Shown: positions 1 through 9,657 of the stretch, in pieces
How the letters are laid out: every line of letters begins with the position of its first letter
How positions within the stretch are numbered: the stretch's first letter is position 1
Origin: Spirochaetia bacterium
Lineage (GTDB): Bacteria; Spirochaetota; Spirochaetia; SZUA-6; Bin103
Direction of reading: 5' to 3'
DNA: 64,000 nt
Assembly: GCA_965208575.1 (NCBI GenBank)
Contig: CBDBOV010000005.1
Location: forward strand, 320,001-384,000
The notes under the pieces: generated by a model
Told to the model about the DNA's origin: nothing
Database searches by the model: none
What the model saw: the letters and a program-made list of their open reading frames with translations, nothing else
Made by a program: the position numbers and the translations under genes

Positions 1-288
1 TTGCGACGCAAGGCTGTCGGCCACGAATTGTGGCACGGTGTCTTTCGACATGCTGGCGAGACGGAACAGCACGATGCCATGCGACACCGGCATACGCGCT
101 CGGAACGCCAGGTCTCCGAAATCCTTGTCGAAGGTCACCAGGAGACGCGATTCTTCCGAGGCGCGGCTCAGTACTTCGGTGTCTGCGATACCCGGTTCCC
201 CTTCGGACACCCATGCGACGTCGTGTCCCGCGCTACGTAGTATCTTTACTGCGTCGCCTGGCACATTCTCGTCAGCGAGTATCCTCAT
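1..288 (-). CDS. DUF5615 PIN-like toxin (VapC45-like), 3' end outside the window
   Basis: Manual translation from ATG at 288: MRILADENVPGDAVKILRSAGHDVAWV...LLVTFDKDFGDL; the ADEN, GHDV and T-DKDF motifs are typical; directly follows a DUF433 gene. Confidence 0.88.
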   Translation of the reverse strand, partial: MRILADENVPGDAVKILRSAGHDVAWVSEGEPGIADTEVLSRASEESRLLVTFDKDFGDLAFRARMPVSHGIVLFRLASMSKDTVPQFVADSLASQ

Positions 289-299
289 GCCCTGAAGGG

Positions 300-533
300 C
301 TATGCAGCTCCGATCGGAAACACCCTCTCCGAACGGAGTACATCACCGGCATACTGGAGACAGGCCCTGATGTCATCGGTGCTCAGGCGCGGATAGTTCG
401 CAAGGATATCGGTTTCGCTCCATCCCTGAGCCAGCAGGTCGATGATGAACTCCACCGCCAGCCGGGTTCCTCGTACCACCGGCTTGCCCGTGAGCACGGC
501 CTCGTCAGCGACGATTCGTTCTTGCCAATCCAT
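300..533 (-). CDS. DUF433 family antitoxin
   Basis: MDWQERIVADEAVLTGKPVVRGTRLAVEFIIDLLAQGWS...YPRL; GKPxxxGTR signature; GGAGG upstream. Confidence 0.92.
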   Translation of the reverse strand: MDWQERIVADEAVLTGKPVVRGTRLAVEFIIDLLAQGWSETDILANYPRLSTDDIRACLQYAGDVLRSERVFPIGAA

Positions 534-743
534 GTTCCGGTCCTCCCGTTTCTCCTCCGGCCCCAGCATCAGATTCTCCTCGTTGGATAAAATAGCGCGA
601 GTTCGATGGAACCACAATCGCTGACACCGTGGCGGGGTCCTGATGTCCGCCGGAGTTCGCGTCCGGTCGGGCTTTCTCAACCTATCCGCAACAAAGCGCG
701 GCACCGACCGGTACGGCCACAACGACTTCCGCCGGCGATCAGC

Positions 744-1061
744 TCAAGCCACCGACCCGAGGCCGTTCTTCGCGACCAGTGTCAGGAGTTTCAGCGACGC
801 GCCGCGAGGACGCTTCTCGCCGCGCTCCCACTGGCTCACCAGACCCGCGGTCACATTGAGATAGCGGGCGAACACCGCTTGGCTCGCGTTCTCCTGCAAT
901 CGGATTGCGCGGATTCTCTCAGGCGTCATGTCCTCGACCGGCGTCAGGCACATCTCGTCGAACGCCTTCATGGTCCGCTTGCCCATCACACCCGCATCTG
1001 TCAGACCCAGCGCCGTCTCATGAGCCGCCGCGAGTGGCTCGCTCTTGTACTGCTCAGTCAT
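744..1061 (-). CDS. HigA-like XRE HTH antitoxin / transcriptional regulator
   Basis: IRAIRLQENASQAVFARYLNVTAGLVSQWERGEKRPRGASLKLL is a classic HTH_3 antitoxin. Confidence 0.9.
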   Translation of the reverse strand: MTEQYKSEPLAAAHETALGLTDAGVMGKRTMKAFDEMCLTPVEDMTPERIRAIRLQENASQAVFARYLNVTAGLVSQWERGEKRPRGASLKLLTLVAKNGLGSVA

Positions 1062-1165
1062 CGCACTCGACCTCCGAAATCGTCCCGTTCGCGAGTGCCG
1101 ATCGCATGCCGGCCTCGTCCATTCCAAGCATCTCCTCCGCGAGCAACCGGAACGCAACGCATAAA
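1054..1165 (-). pseudogene. C-terminal remnant of a RelE/HigB-type toxin
   Basis: AFRLLAEEMLGMDEAGMRSALANGTISEV overlaps the HigA start and resembles the C-terminus of such toxins; no N-terminal part present. Confidence 0.6.
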
Positions 1166-1398
1166 CGGTTTGGTCTTGAACGTACGGAGCCCGAAACTCC
1201 GTCTTGCGGGATCCCAATCGGAGACCAATATAGCACTTAGTGCTACATCGAATCAGTTCGCCGCTGAACGGCGGGCCGGGAAAGCTCGGCACGGGCTCCC
1301 CGATGTGGCCTGACTATTCACCCAGCATGCCGCGTGGCGTCACGGGTCTCCACGATGGCACGATCACGAACCGGCGCGACGGCTCGCGTCATGCGACT

Positions 1399-2985
1399 TC
1401 ACGGTGCGCCCGGGTTCTCATTCGGCACACTCGCCGGGTGGGCATGGCGCGGAGCGTGGCGCAACCTGTGGTGCGCACGGCACCGAATTCTGAGGTTCCA
1501 CAGCTCGGTAGCGCCGCCGAGCGCGAACGGCACCACGTGGTCGATCTCCAGCCGATAGCGTGAACCGCAGCGCCGGCCGCTGTGCGGGTCGACATAGCTG
1601 CAACAACCGTTGTCGCGGCGCCACACATCCCGCCTCACGGCCACCGAAATGTACCGTGACCGGGAGCCCGGCAACGCGCCGAAGCCGTTCAACGCGGCGA
1701 GGTGCCGCTCCAGGGCCGGCGACCGTTCCACCGCGCCTTGCGCGGCTGCGTACGCCAGCCGCTTCGCCGCCGAAGTGGTGTGCCCTCCGCTGCTCCACAC
1801 CGCCGCGGACGTCACGCTGCCGGGGTGGGTCCCGGTATGCCGCTTTGACGCCGAAGCGGGCCGCCCGCCGCCTGCGCTTGGCGCCGCCCGCGAAGTGCGA
1901 CCGGGTTCGACTTCCCCGTGCCGCTTCGCCGCCGAAGTGGTGTGGTCGCCGCTGTTCGGTGCCGTCGCCGGTGACGCGCTGCTGTGCTCGGGTTTCGAGG
2001 GGCGCTTCGGCACCGAAGGACCGGGCACACCATCCCGCACCGCCGCGGACGGTGCGTCACCCTGCTCGACTTCGCTCTGCCGTTCGACATCGCTCCCCTG
2101 CGCGCGCACCACGCTTTGCTGCACCGTTTCCGTATCGCGCCGCGCCGGCTTGTTCGCGGTTCGCGCGCCGTTGACCGAGCCGCGACCGCCGGTGGCCCGC
2201 GGCCGCGCCGGGTCGTAGCGGTCCAGACCGTCCCGCACCAGCCGCGCGATGAGCGCGCCTGGCGTCAGGTGCGGATTCGTGTGCGACAGCAACATCTGCA
2301 GCTTCTCCAGCCCATGCCGGCACTCCGCGTCGATCGTCGTCTTCAACTCCCAGCGCCCGCAGCCGAGCGCGCGCATGCGGTCGCTCGGCTGCGCCAGCTC
2401 CGGGTCCACCTCGGCCAGCATCTGCTGCACTTCGCGGGTGCTCTTGCCCGCCGCCTGCTTGACCAGTTCCTCCCGCGCCGCCGCGTCCAGCACCGGCCCG
2501 ACTACCGGTGCCGGGCCCGACTCGCCGGTGTGCACCGGTGGCGCCGGCGCCGGTTCCCCCGGTGCGCCGGCATTGCGCGGCGTCCGGCCCGGGCCGGCAC
2601 CGGTTCCGTCACTGCCCGGCGGACGGCCCCTGCTGCGTTCGCTGCGCTCGAACAGGTTCTGCAGTTGCGCCGCGTTGCTCAGGTTCAGGGAGCCGTCCTG
2701 CAGCAGCTCGCGCGCCCCGTTGGTTTGATCGCACAGCCGCATCGCCTTGATCCTCCGCCAGGCGGCGGCCGCGGTGTAGCCCAGTTCGTGTACCACGTAG
2801 TCAAACAAACTCCCGTAGCCGCGGGTCAGGTGGAGGCGGCGTGCCTCGATCTCGCGCAGGTGGTCGAGGACCAGGATCTGCAGCGCCTGCTCGTGGCGGG
2901 CGAGCTGCGCGGTCTGCGCCAACAGGAGGTGATCGGGCAGCGCGGCGACGGTGGACCAAGTGGCGGGAGAAGGTGATTCACTCAT
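1399..2985 (-). CDS. HNH endonuclease with helical N-terminal domain and low-complexity linker
   Basis: C-terminal VWRRDNGCCSYV...RCGSRYRLEIDHVVPFALGG...NLRIRCRAHH; N-terminal HLREIEARRLHL.GYGSLFDY; ATG at 2985 preferred. Confidence 0.88.
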   Translation of the reverse strand: MSESPSPATWSTVAALPDHLLLAQTAQLARHEQALQILVLDHLREIEARRLHLTRGYGSLFDYVVHELGYTAAAAWRRIKAMRLCDQTNGARELLQDGSLNLSNAAQLQNLFERSERSRGRPPGSDGTGAGPGRTPRNAGAPGEPAPAPPVHTGESGPAPVVGPVLDAAAREELVKQAAGKSTREVQQMLAEVDPELAQPSDRMRALGCGRWELKTTIDAECRHGLEKLQMLLSHTNPHLTPGALIARLVRDGLDRYDPARPRATGGRGSVNGARTANKPARRDTETVQQSVVRAQGSDVERQSEVEQGDAPSAAVRDGVPGPSVPKRPSKPEHSSASPATAPNSGDHTTSAAKRHGEVEPGRTSRAAPSAGGGRPASASKRHTGTHPGSVTSAAVWSSGGHTTSAAKRLAYAAAQGAVERSPALERHLAALNGFGALPGSRSRYISVAVRRDVWRRDNGCCSYVDPHSGRRCGSRYRLEIDHVVPFALGGATELWNLRIRCRAHHRLRHAPRHAHPASVPNENPGAP

Positions 2986-3328
2986 ACTCGTAAGTATACC
3001 ATGGGATTGAAGATAGCCGATTCTTTCGAGTCCTTGATGGCGGTGAAACGGCACCCGGAAGGCCGCTCAGCGGGGCGCTGCCGGGTCCACGGAGCCCGAG
3101 TGGCATTCGGACAGTCGGAGGGGCCGCCACGGGCCGTGGCGAGCGCTCAGGAGCGCGGAAAATCGTGTCAAGTGGTGCGCGCAGCTTTTTTCGCGATTTC
3201 TCTCCGTGTTTGGCGTTCGCACCCATTCGGGTTGATCAGATGCGGATGAAGCGCCAAGATGCCAGTCAGCGCAGTCACGGGTTGCCGGTGACCTTCGCTC
3301 ACCCGGTGACCGTGCCCCCCACGAATCG

Positions 3329-3357
3329 TTGACGGCGCGCCGCGCCTATGCTAGCGT
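3329..3357 (+). promoter_or_regulatory. sigma70-type promoter of SBP1 leader
   Basis: TTGACG-N17-TAGCGT with TGn extended -10. Confidence 0.7.
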
Positions 3358-3377
3358 GTCTCACTGGGGTTTGACGG

Positions 3378-3515
3378 ATGCCGATGAAGCGTCATGATAA
3401 CAGTCAGCGCAGTAGCCGGTTGGCGGTAACGCAGCCGATGTCCCCCCCCTCCCCGGGACTACCGACTACCGACTACCTAACCGCGCGGCAGCCAGTCGCT
3501 CGGCGCCAGTGCTGA
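3378..3515 (+). CDS. Putative leader peptide (uORF) of SBP1
   Basis: MPMKRHDNSQRSSRLAVTQPMSPPSPGLPTTDYLTARQPVARRQC*; contains a C8 tract and (GACTACC)x3; similar to the 37519 uORF. Confidence 0.45.
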   Translation: MPMKRHDNSQRSSRLAVTQPMSPPSPGLPTTDYLTARQPVARRQC

Positions 3516-3650
3516 CCGCGGCACCATCGATCCGCGCGGCACACAGCCGTGCGTGTGGCGGCGGACCGCGTCGGCCGCAACCTCCACCAGTCTACATCAA
3601 CCGGCGTTGCCGGCACTTCAGTAGAGAGGGGCACATCTGCGCCCGACCGA

Positions 3651-3820
3651 GGGGGTGCAAAATGATACTCAAAGAGCCGCACGCGCGCGGCGTGAGCCGG
3701 GGTGAACCCGGTGAGTCACACGCCGCGCGCTTCACAAATCTGACTCTGTCTGGCCGGCCGTCTGCGTTGCGGGCGCGAGAGTAGCCAGGGAGCGGCAATC
3801 CGCTCCGCAATACTCTCAAG
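3651..3820 (+). promoter_or_regulatory. Conserved structured leader motif A (copy 1)
   Basis: Closely similar to 16883-17045(-) and 37702-37870; stems GCGCGCGGCGTG/CACGCCGCGCGC and GAGAGTA/TACTCTC. Confidence 0.7.
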
Positions 3821-3842
3821 AACACATTTTATGGAGAAAACC

Positions 3843-5669
3843 ATGAAATATATCGTAAGCATGAGAATGACCTTCGCGGTTGCGCTGGTCATGATGCTGA
3901 CCGCGACCGGCCTCTGGGCCACCGGCGCAGACGAGGAGGAGCCGGCAGTCGCTGCCGACAGAGAGACGGTGTTCGACCCCGCCACCGGCATAACGTGGAC
4001 CGCGCCAGAGTATGGCGGAACACTCACGTGGGGCGCTAACGGTCTGCCCAAGAATACTGACCTGTGGGCGCCTGGTGGCTGGACGCCGCACCTCATCAGT
4101 GGCGTCAATGAGAAGCTAGTGCACGGCAACTGGGCAATATCCAGGGACAAGGTGGCTGAACTAGCTTGGATCTATTCGGGCCCAGAGATGTACCGAGGGG
4201 CTCTGGCTGAAAGCTGGGAAATGCCCGATGACACAACGTGGATCTGGAACATCCGCCAGGGCGTTCACTACCACGATAAGGCGCCGATGAACGGTCGGGA
4301 GTTCGATGCTTATGACGTCGAATGGAACTATCACCGCTTTTGGGGTCTGGGTGATTTCACCGAAGACGGACCTACCCCCAACCTGGCGGTAAGAGCTTTC
4401 GGTATAGAGCTCGAATCGGCAACGGCCACCGACCAATGGACGGTTGAGCTTAAGCTGACGAAGCCTTACCCCAATACGGTGTACTTGATGTCCCACAACC
4501 TGACTTGGATGTTGGCCCGCGAGGTAGTCGAGCAATACGGCGACTATGGGGATTGGAGGAACGTGGTCGGCACGGGGCCCTATCAACTGACTGACCTTGT
4601 CGAGGACACCTCGGCAACCTGGGAAAAGAATCCCAACTACTGGGGCTACGACGAAAAATTCCCGGACAACCGCCTACCCTATATTGACACGTTGAAAAAC
4701 CTCGTTATACCAGACAAGGCAGCACGTCTGGCGGCAATGCGCACCGGTAAGATTGATATGCTTAGTATGACCGGCGACGCTCGGATATTCAGCGTCGACA
4801 ATATAGAGAGCCTGCAGAAGACCAACCCTGAAATTGAGGTGTGGCCCGTTTATGCCTTTTCCAGTGGCTCTCATATTTTTAACCAGTCTCTGCCACTCAT
4901 GCAGGACGTCAATGTGCGCAAGGCACTGCAGATGGCAGTGGACCGCGAGACGATTTCCGCTACCTTCCTTAAGGGTTGGGGAGATCCAGCACCTAATGGG
5001 ATAGTAAGTCAGAGGCAGGTAGGGTGGAACTGGCCGTATGAAGAATGGCCCGAAGAGGTCAAGGCAGGCTATCGGCATGACCCGGCAGAGGCAGAAGCGT
5101 TGCTTGATGAGGCCGGATATCCACGAGGCGCCGACGGCGTTCGATTCACGCTCAAGTTTGGCCATGCCGGTTGGTCGGATCCGGCCTATCCAGAAGTCGT
5201 CATAGCGTACTTTGACGCCATTGGCGTGAAGAGCGAGCTGGTTGTGGTTCCTGGCGCTGAGATGGGACATTACATGTCTACGGAAGCGCACGATCTCCAC
5301 CTGGTTAATTGGGTGGGATATCCGATTTTCCCCCCCTCGCCCGATGTATATAGGCTCACAAGTAACCCCTGGAGTCGTACACTCGGTCGTCACTGGAGCA
5401 AAGCGAAGGACCCGGAAATGGACGCCCTGATTGCCGAAATGCAAGCTACTACCACCGCGGAGGAGTGGCAGAGCTTACATGTACGGGTCGATGAGAAAAC
5501 GGTAAGGGAGCACTGGGGCTTGGTGAAACCCATCTCCCCTCAGTTTAGCGTGACCCAGCCGTGGGTCGAGGGTTATTTCGGTGAAGCAGGTCTGGGATAC
5601 GCTGAACGTAATACCTTCAAGGCCCGCCTCTGGATTGATAGTGCGCTGAAGGCAGCAAGCGGTCGTTAG
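3843..5669 (+). CDS. ABC transporter substrate-binding protein, family 5 (SBP1)
   Basis: Signal peptide ending TGLWA; PEYGGTL, LAESWE, VGTGPY, NPNYW, VRKALQMAVD motifs. Confidence 0.95.
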   Translation: MKYIVSMRMTFAVALVMMLTATGLWATGADEEEPAVAADRETVFDPATGITWTAPEYGGTLTWGANGLPKNTDLWAPGGWTPHLISGVNEKLVHGNWAISRDKVAELAWIYSGPEMYRGALAESWEMPDDTTWIWNIRQGVHYHDKAPMNGREFDAYDVEWNYHRFWGLGDFTEDGPTPNLAVRAFGIELESATATDQWTVELKLTKPYPNTVYLMSHNLTWMLAREVVEQYGDYGDWRNVVGTGPYQLTDLVEDTSATWEKNPNYWGYDEKFPDNRLPYIDTLKNLVIPDKAARLAAMRTGKIDMLSMTGDARIFSVDNIESLQKTNPEIEVWPVYAFSSGSHIFNQSLPLMQDVNVRKALQMAVDRETISATFLKGWGDPAPNGIVSQRQVGWNWPYEEWPEEVKAGYRHDPAEAEALLDEAGYPRGADGVRFTLKFGHAGWSDPAYPEVVIAYFDAIGVKSELVVVPGAEMGHYMSTEAHDLHLVNWVGYPIFPPSPDVYRLTSNPWSRTLGRHWSKAKDPEMDALIAEMQATTTAEEWQSLHVRVDEKTVREHWGLVKPISPQFSVTQPWVEGYFGEAGLGYAERNTFKARLWIDSALKAASGR

Positions 5670-5705
5670 GGGTTTCATCTCCCTGTGGCTGACCTCGGGG
5701 AAAAA

Positions 5706-5739
5706 GGGAACTGGGGGGCTCAAGCCCCCCAGTTTTCCC
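5706..5739 (+). terminator. Intergenic stem-loop between SBP and permease
   Basis: CTGGGGGGC-TCAA-GCCCCCCAG followed by TTTT; same element at 11645-11677. Confidence 0.65.
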
Positions 5740-5752
5740 ATACTCGTGTGAC

Positions 5753-6754
5753 ATGAGAGCCTATATCATAAGGCGGTTATTGCTCATAATCCCCACCCTC
5801 TTCATTCTGAGCATCCTGATCTTTCTCTCGGTCCGCTTCATTCCCGGCGATGTAATAGACGCAATGGCGGGAACTATAGATTCGACGCAAATGGACCTGG
5901 ACCGTGAAGCTGTTGAGCGTATTCTGGGATTGGACGTGCCTGTCTACGTACAGTACGGACGCTGGATCGGAGTGTTGCCTAGCCCTGACTGGATTACCAA
6001 GGAGTCCCACTTCAACGGTATCCTCCAGGGCACCCTTGGCCAATCACTGATTGGCGGCCAACGCCCGATAGAGGAGCAGATACTAGCTAAATTGCCAGTA
6101 ACCATTGAGCTTGGCGTCCTGGCCATCGTAATCGGGCTGGTGATAGCCCTGCCCGTCGGCATCTACTCGGCGATTCGCCAGGATACGGCCACCGACTACG
6201 TGGGGCGCACCGCGGCCGTCATCGGCCTGGCAACGCCTAACTTCTGGCTGGCAATTATGGTAACGCTCTACCCGGCAATCTGGTGGGGCTGGTCGCCATC
6301 GGTAGAGTATATCCGTCTTGTCGAAGACCCGCTGCGGAACCTGGGGATGTTACTCATTCCCGCCGTGATTCTGGGCACGGCCATGTCGGCAGCCACCATG
6401 CGGCTGACACGCACCATGATGCTGGAGGTGCTCAGGCAGGACTATATCAGGACAGCCTGGTCCAAGGGTCTCAAGGAGAGGGTAGTTATTGTGAGACACG
6501 CCGTCAAGAATGCCCTTATCCCGGTGGTTACGTTGATAGGCCTGCAGTTGCCTCTGCTGGTAGGTGGCTCCGTTATCATGGAGAACATATTTAACCTGCC
6601 GGGAATAGGTCGTATGTTTCTGGATTCACTCGAAGCCAGAGACTACCCAGTGATCCAAGGAGTAAACCTTTTTTTCGCCACCGTAGTCATGCTTAGCATT
6701 CTACTCATCGACGTGATTTATCCTTATTTGGACCCCAGGGTCCGCTACAGCTAA
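5753..6754 (+). CDS. ABC peptide-type permease (DppB/OppB-like)
   Basis: MRAYIIRRLL...; EAA loop QDYIRTAWSKGL; ENIFNLPG.GR; DPRVRY. Confidence 0.95.
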   Translation: MRAYIIRRLLLIIPTLFILSILIFLSVRFIPGDVIDAMAGTIDSTQMDLDREAVERILGLDVPVYVQYGRWIGVLPSPDWITKESHFNGILQGTLGQSLIGGQRPIEEQILAKLPVTIELGVLAIVIGLVIALPVGIYSAIRQDTATDYVGRTAAVIGLATPNFWLAIMVTLYPAIWWGWSPSVEYIRLVEDPLRNLGMLLIPAVILGTAMSAATMRLTRTMMLEVLRQDYIRTAWSKGLKERVVIVRHAVKNALIPVVTLIGLQLPLLVGGSVIMENIFNLPGIGRMFLDSLEARDYPVIQGVNLFFATVVMLSILLIDVIYPYLDPRVRYS

Positions 6755-6763
6755 AGGAAGCAT

Positions 6764-7660
6764 ATGAGCGACGCCACAGGAATACCATCAGCAGAAATTG
6801 GGCCAAAGAGACGTTCCCGGCAGGCTGCGTTCGTTATCAGGCTGGTCAAGGAGAAGCCGCTCGGTACTGCCAGCGGGATTGTCATATTGATATGGATTTT
6901 GATCGCTATCTTTGCCGATGCTCTGACCCCTTATCCACCTTTCGAAATGCACTTGGCAGACCGGCTGCAGGGCGCATCCGTCCAGTATCTCCTGGGGACC
7001 GACCACATAGGGCGAGACTTCTTGAGCCGCCTGATCCTAGGGGCGCGTACTTCGATACTGATCGGTCTGGCAGCGACCGCTCTGAGTACTGTGATCGGTA
7101 CCCTGATAGGCGGCACTTCAGGATTCCTTGGTGGTAAGTTTGACATTATAGTGCAGAGGGTTGTCGATGCCTGGACGGTCTTCCCGGGACTGCTCCTGTT
7201 GCTCACCATAATGTCGATAGTGGGGCGCGGTATACCACAGATAATACTGGTCCTGGGGATATCAGGAGGCATTGGCGGCAGCAGACTGATCCGAAGCGCC
7301 GTTATCGCCATCAAGGGGAGTGACAACTTTCTGGCAGCAGAGGCGGTTGGCAACACAAAATGGCGTTCATTCATCCGCCATGTCCTGCCCAATGTTATGC
7401 CTGTCGTCATCATCATGTTCTCGATAACCGTAGGAGGCGTAATCCTGAGTATTGCTTCTCTGAGCTTCCTCGGATATGGTCTGCCCCCCACGACTCCTGA
7501 CTGGGGAGGTCTGCTCAGCCGGGAAGGGCGTCAATACATGGAGCAGGCGCCCTGGCTGGCGGTCTGGCCCGGTCTTTGCCTGACGATTGCCGTTTACTGT
7601 CTAAACATGCTCGGGGACGCCATGCGGGACCTCCTCGACCCCAGGCTCAGGGGCGGCTAG
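6764..7660 (+). CDS. ABC peptide-type permease (DppC/OppC-like)
   Basis: LGTDHIGRD, RHVLPN, SLSFLGYG, GDAMRDLLDPR. Confidence 0.95.
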   Translation: MSDATGIPSAEIGPKRRSRQAAFVIRLVKEKPLGTASGIVILIWILIAIFADALTPYPPFEMHLADRLQGASVQYLLGTDHIGRDFLSRLILGARTSILIGLAATALSTVIGTLIGGTSGFLGGKFDIIVQRVVDAWTVFPGLLLLLTIMSIVGRGIPQIILVLGISGGIGGSRLIRSAVIAIKGSDNFLAAEAVGNTKWRSFIRHVLPNVMPVVIIMFSITVGGVILSIASLSFLGYGLPPTTPDWGGLLSREGRQYMEQAPWLAVWPGLCLTIAVYCLNMLGDAMRDLLDPRLRGG

Positions 7661-7953
7661 TTCGCTGGCCACGTCTATATCCTGGTGAACAACGCGGGCA
7701 TAATCGCGCGCCTGGCTGGGAAAATCGGCCCGAGAGCAACGACAAAGATTGGGACATGATATAGAACGCGCAGGGTCCGTGCACCAAGGGCGCTCGCCCG
7801 CTGGACCAGACGAGCCCGGCTAGCCCCGCTCCCCCGACCGCGCCCGGCGGCCGCGCGCGAGGTGCTAAGCTGCGGTGGCGCTGCCGGCTTCGTCCTGGCG
7901 TTTCGCGGCTCGCCTGTGGTATCGTGGCGCAACGAGGATCCACACGCACCCAT

Positions 7954-8784
7954 ATGAGCAAGCACATGATAACCGTCGCGGTGACCGGCTCGGTGCCGAC
8001 GCGCGACCAGCATCCCGGCCTCCCCCACACCCCCGCGGAGATCGCCGACGCCACCTACGACTGCTACCGAGCCGGCGCCGCCATCGTCCATATCCATGTG
8101 CGCGATCCCGAGACCGGGGTCCCCACCTACCGCCTCGAGCTATTTCGCGAGTGCGTCGAGAGGATCCGCGACAAGTGCGACATCCTCATCAACCTGACGA
8201 CCAGCGGCAACAACATCCCCCGTAAGAACGTCATCGAGGAACGGCTGGAGCCGGTCGAGCTCGGCACCGAGCTGTGCTCCCTCGACATCGGGTCGTTCAA
8301 CCTCGGGTACCGCCCGGCGGTCTTTCAGAACCCATCCGACTGGAGTCTGGCCGCGGCGCAACGAATGCGGGAGCGAGGCGTAAAGCCGGAGATCGAGGTG
8401 TTCGACATGGGCCACGCCTGGCAGGCGCGTGCCATGATCGAGCAGGGGCTGTTCGACGATCCGCCCTATGTGCAGATCTGCATGGGAGTGAGGTGGGGCA
8501 TCGAGGGGACGCCGGAGAACCTGCTGCTGATGCGCAAGCAGCTGCCCGCCGACATCCCCTGGTCGGTGCTGGGTGTGGGGCGCGCGCAGCTGCCACTCAT
8601 CACCATGGCGGTGATCCTCGGCGGACACGTGCGCGTGGGTTTCGAAGACAACCTCTACCTGCGCAAGGGGGTGCTGCTCGAGAGCAACGCGCAGATGGTG
8701 GAGGCTGCCGCCAACATCATTCAGCAGCAGCAGCGTGAGGTGGCCACCACCACCGACGCTCGCCAGATCCTTGGCATCAACTGA
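7954..8784 (+). CDS. 3-keto-5-aminohexanoate cleavage enzyme family (BKACE/DUF849)
   Basis: ITVAVTG, AGAAIVHIHVRD, KPEIEVFD, GHVRVGFEDN. Confidence 0.93.
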   Translation: MSKHMITVAVTGSVPTRDQHPGLPHTPAEIADATYDCYRAGAAIVHIHVRDPETGVPTYRLELFRECVERIRDKCDILINLTTSGNNIPRKNVIEERLEPVELGTELCSLDIGSFNLGYRPAVFQNPSDWSLAAAQRMRERGVKPEIEVFDMGHAWQARAMIEQGLFDDPPYVQICMGVRWGIEGTPENLLLMRKQLPADIPWSVLGVGRAQLPLITMAVILGGHVRVGFEDNLYLRKGVLLESNAQMVEAAANIIQQQQREVATTTDARQILGIN

Positions 8785-9026
8785 GCGGGCGCCATCGAGG
8801 TTCAGACGAGGCTCTTCCTACACCACCTCTAACCCTGACGTTCAGGTCTTCACCCCGTGACCCCTGTGACCCCCGTGACCCGACACCGCGCGACGATGGC
8901 ACGTGCGGCCGCCTGTGCTTCGAGCGCGTCGAGGGACTCCAGAGTAGAAGGTCGCCACCGCCGCCAAGGTCGCCACCGAGGAGGAGGCGGTGCGCAACGG
9001 AGCTGGCCGGCCTTGACCGCGAGCGG

Positions 9027-9150
9027 GTGCGTGAGTGGCATAACGGCTATAGCTGGCTGGGCACGGAGAAGGTGTACAACGCGTACGACGTGCTGCTGCT
9101 GTTTCGCCGCCGTGAATTCGCCGCCCACTGGTTCGAGACCGCCACGCCGG
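9027..9150 (+). pseudogene. Internal fragment of AAA-ATPase-like/PD-(D/E)XK gene
   Basis: REWHNGYSW...VYNAYDVL...HWFETATP matches the WYNGY/VYNPxDVL/YWFETGTP blocks of this family. Confidence 0.7.
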
Positions 9151-9170
9151 AGCGGTGGTGGGTCGCGCTC

Positions 9171-9200
9171 TTGACATGGATTGGGGACGGCCTCTACACT
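9171..9200 (+). promoter_or_regulatory. sigma70-type promoter of SBP2 leader
   Basis: TTGACA-N18-TACACT. Confidence 0.65.
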
Positions 9201-9256
9201 CGTCGCGAATGGGTACCGACACCATCCGCCCCAACCGCTGCCTAGCGCTGAGCCAG

Positions 9257-9296
9257 CCGACTACCCGACTACCCGACTACCCGACTACCCGACTAC
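9257..9296 (+). repeat. Tandem 8-mer repeat (CCGACTAC)x5 in SBP2 leader
   Basis: Five perfect units seen directly, inside an ORF starting at ATG 9209. Confidence 0.95.
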
Positions 9297-9657
9297 CGCG
9301 CGCCGCTAGCCGCTCAGCCGACCGAGCCGCGGGCGACCGCCCGGTGCCGGTGCTGAGCGCGGCAGCATCGATCCGTGTGGCGCACAGCCGCCACGCATCC
9401 GTGCGTCCTAGCGGCCGACCCCGTCGGCCGCCACTTCCACCAGTCCAGACCAGCATGCGTAGCGCCGCTTGCCGGCCGCCACGCGTGGCGTGCGCAGGCA
9501 TGCCCTTTCGGCGCGGCGCACGGGCGTCAAGGAGGTACGGCCTAGAGGATTAACGTAGAGACCGGGCGGCCGCGGACGCGAAGGGTGTCGCCCTCGCTCG
9601 ACTGAGGGAGCAGGCGAGGGGCCGGCAGTGGCAACAGCGCTCTCGAAGGAGATCTCA

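Noticed and set aside
3651-3820. Known riboswitch, T-box or tRNA identity for motifs A and B
   Set aside because: No cobalamin, TPP, SAM, glycine, T-box or cloverleaf signature recognised by eye; an Rfam search is still needed
9257-9296. Tandem repeats here and at 19582-19627 as CRISPR arrays
   Set aside because: Units of 7-12 nt with no spacers and no cas genes
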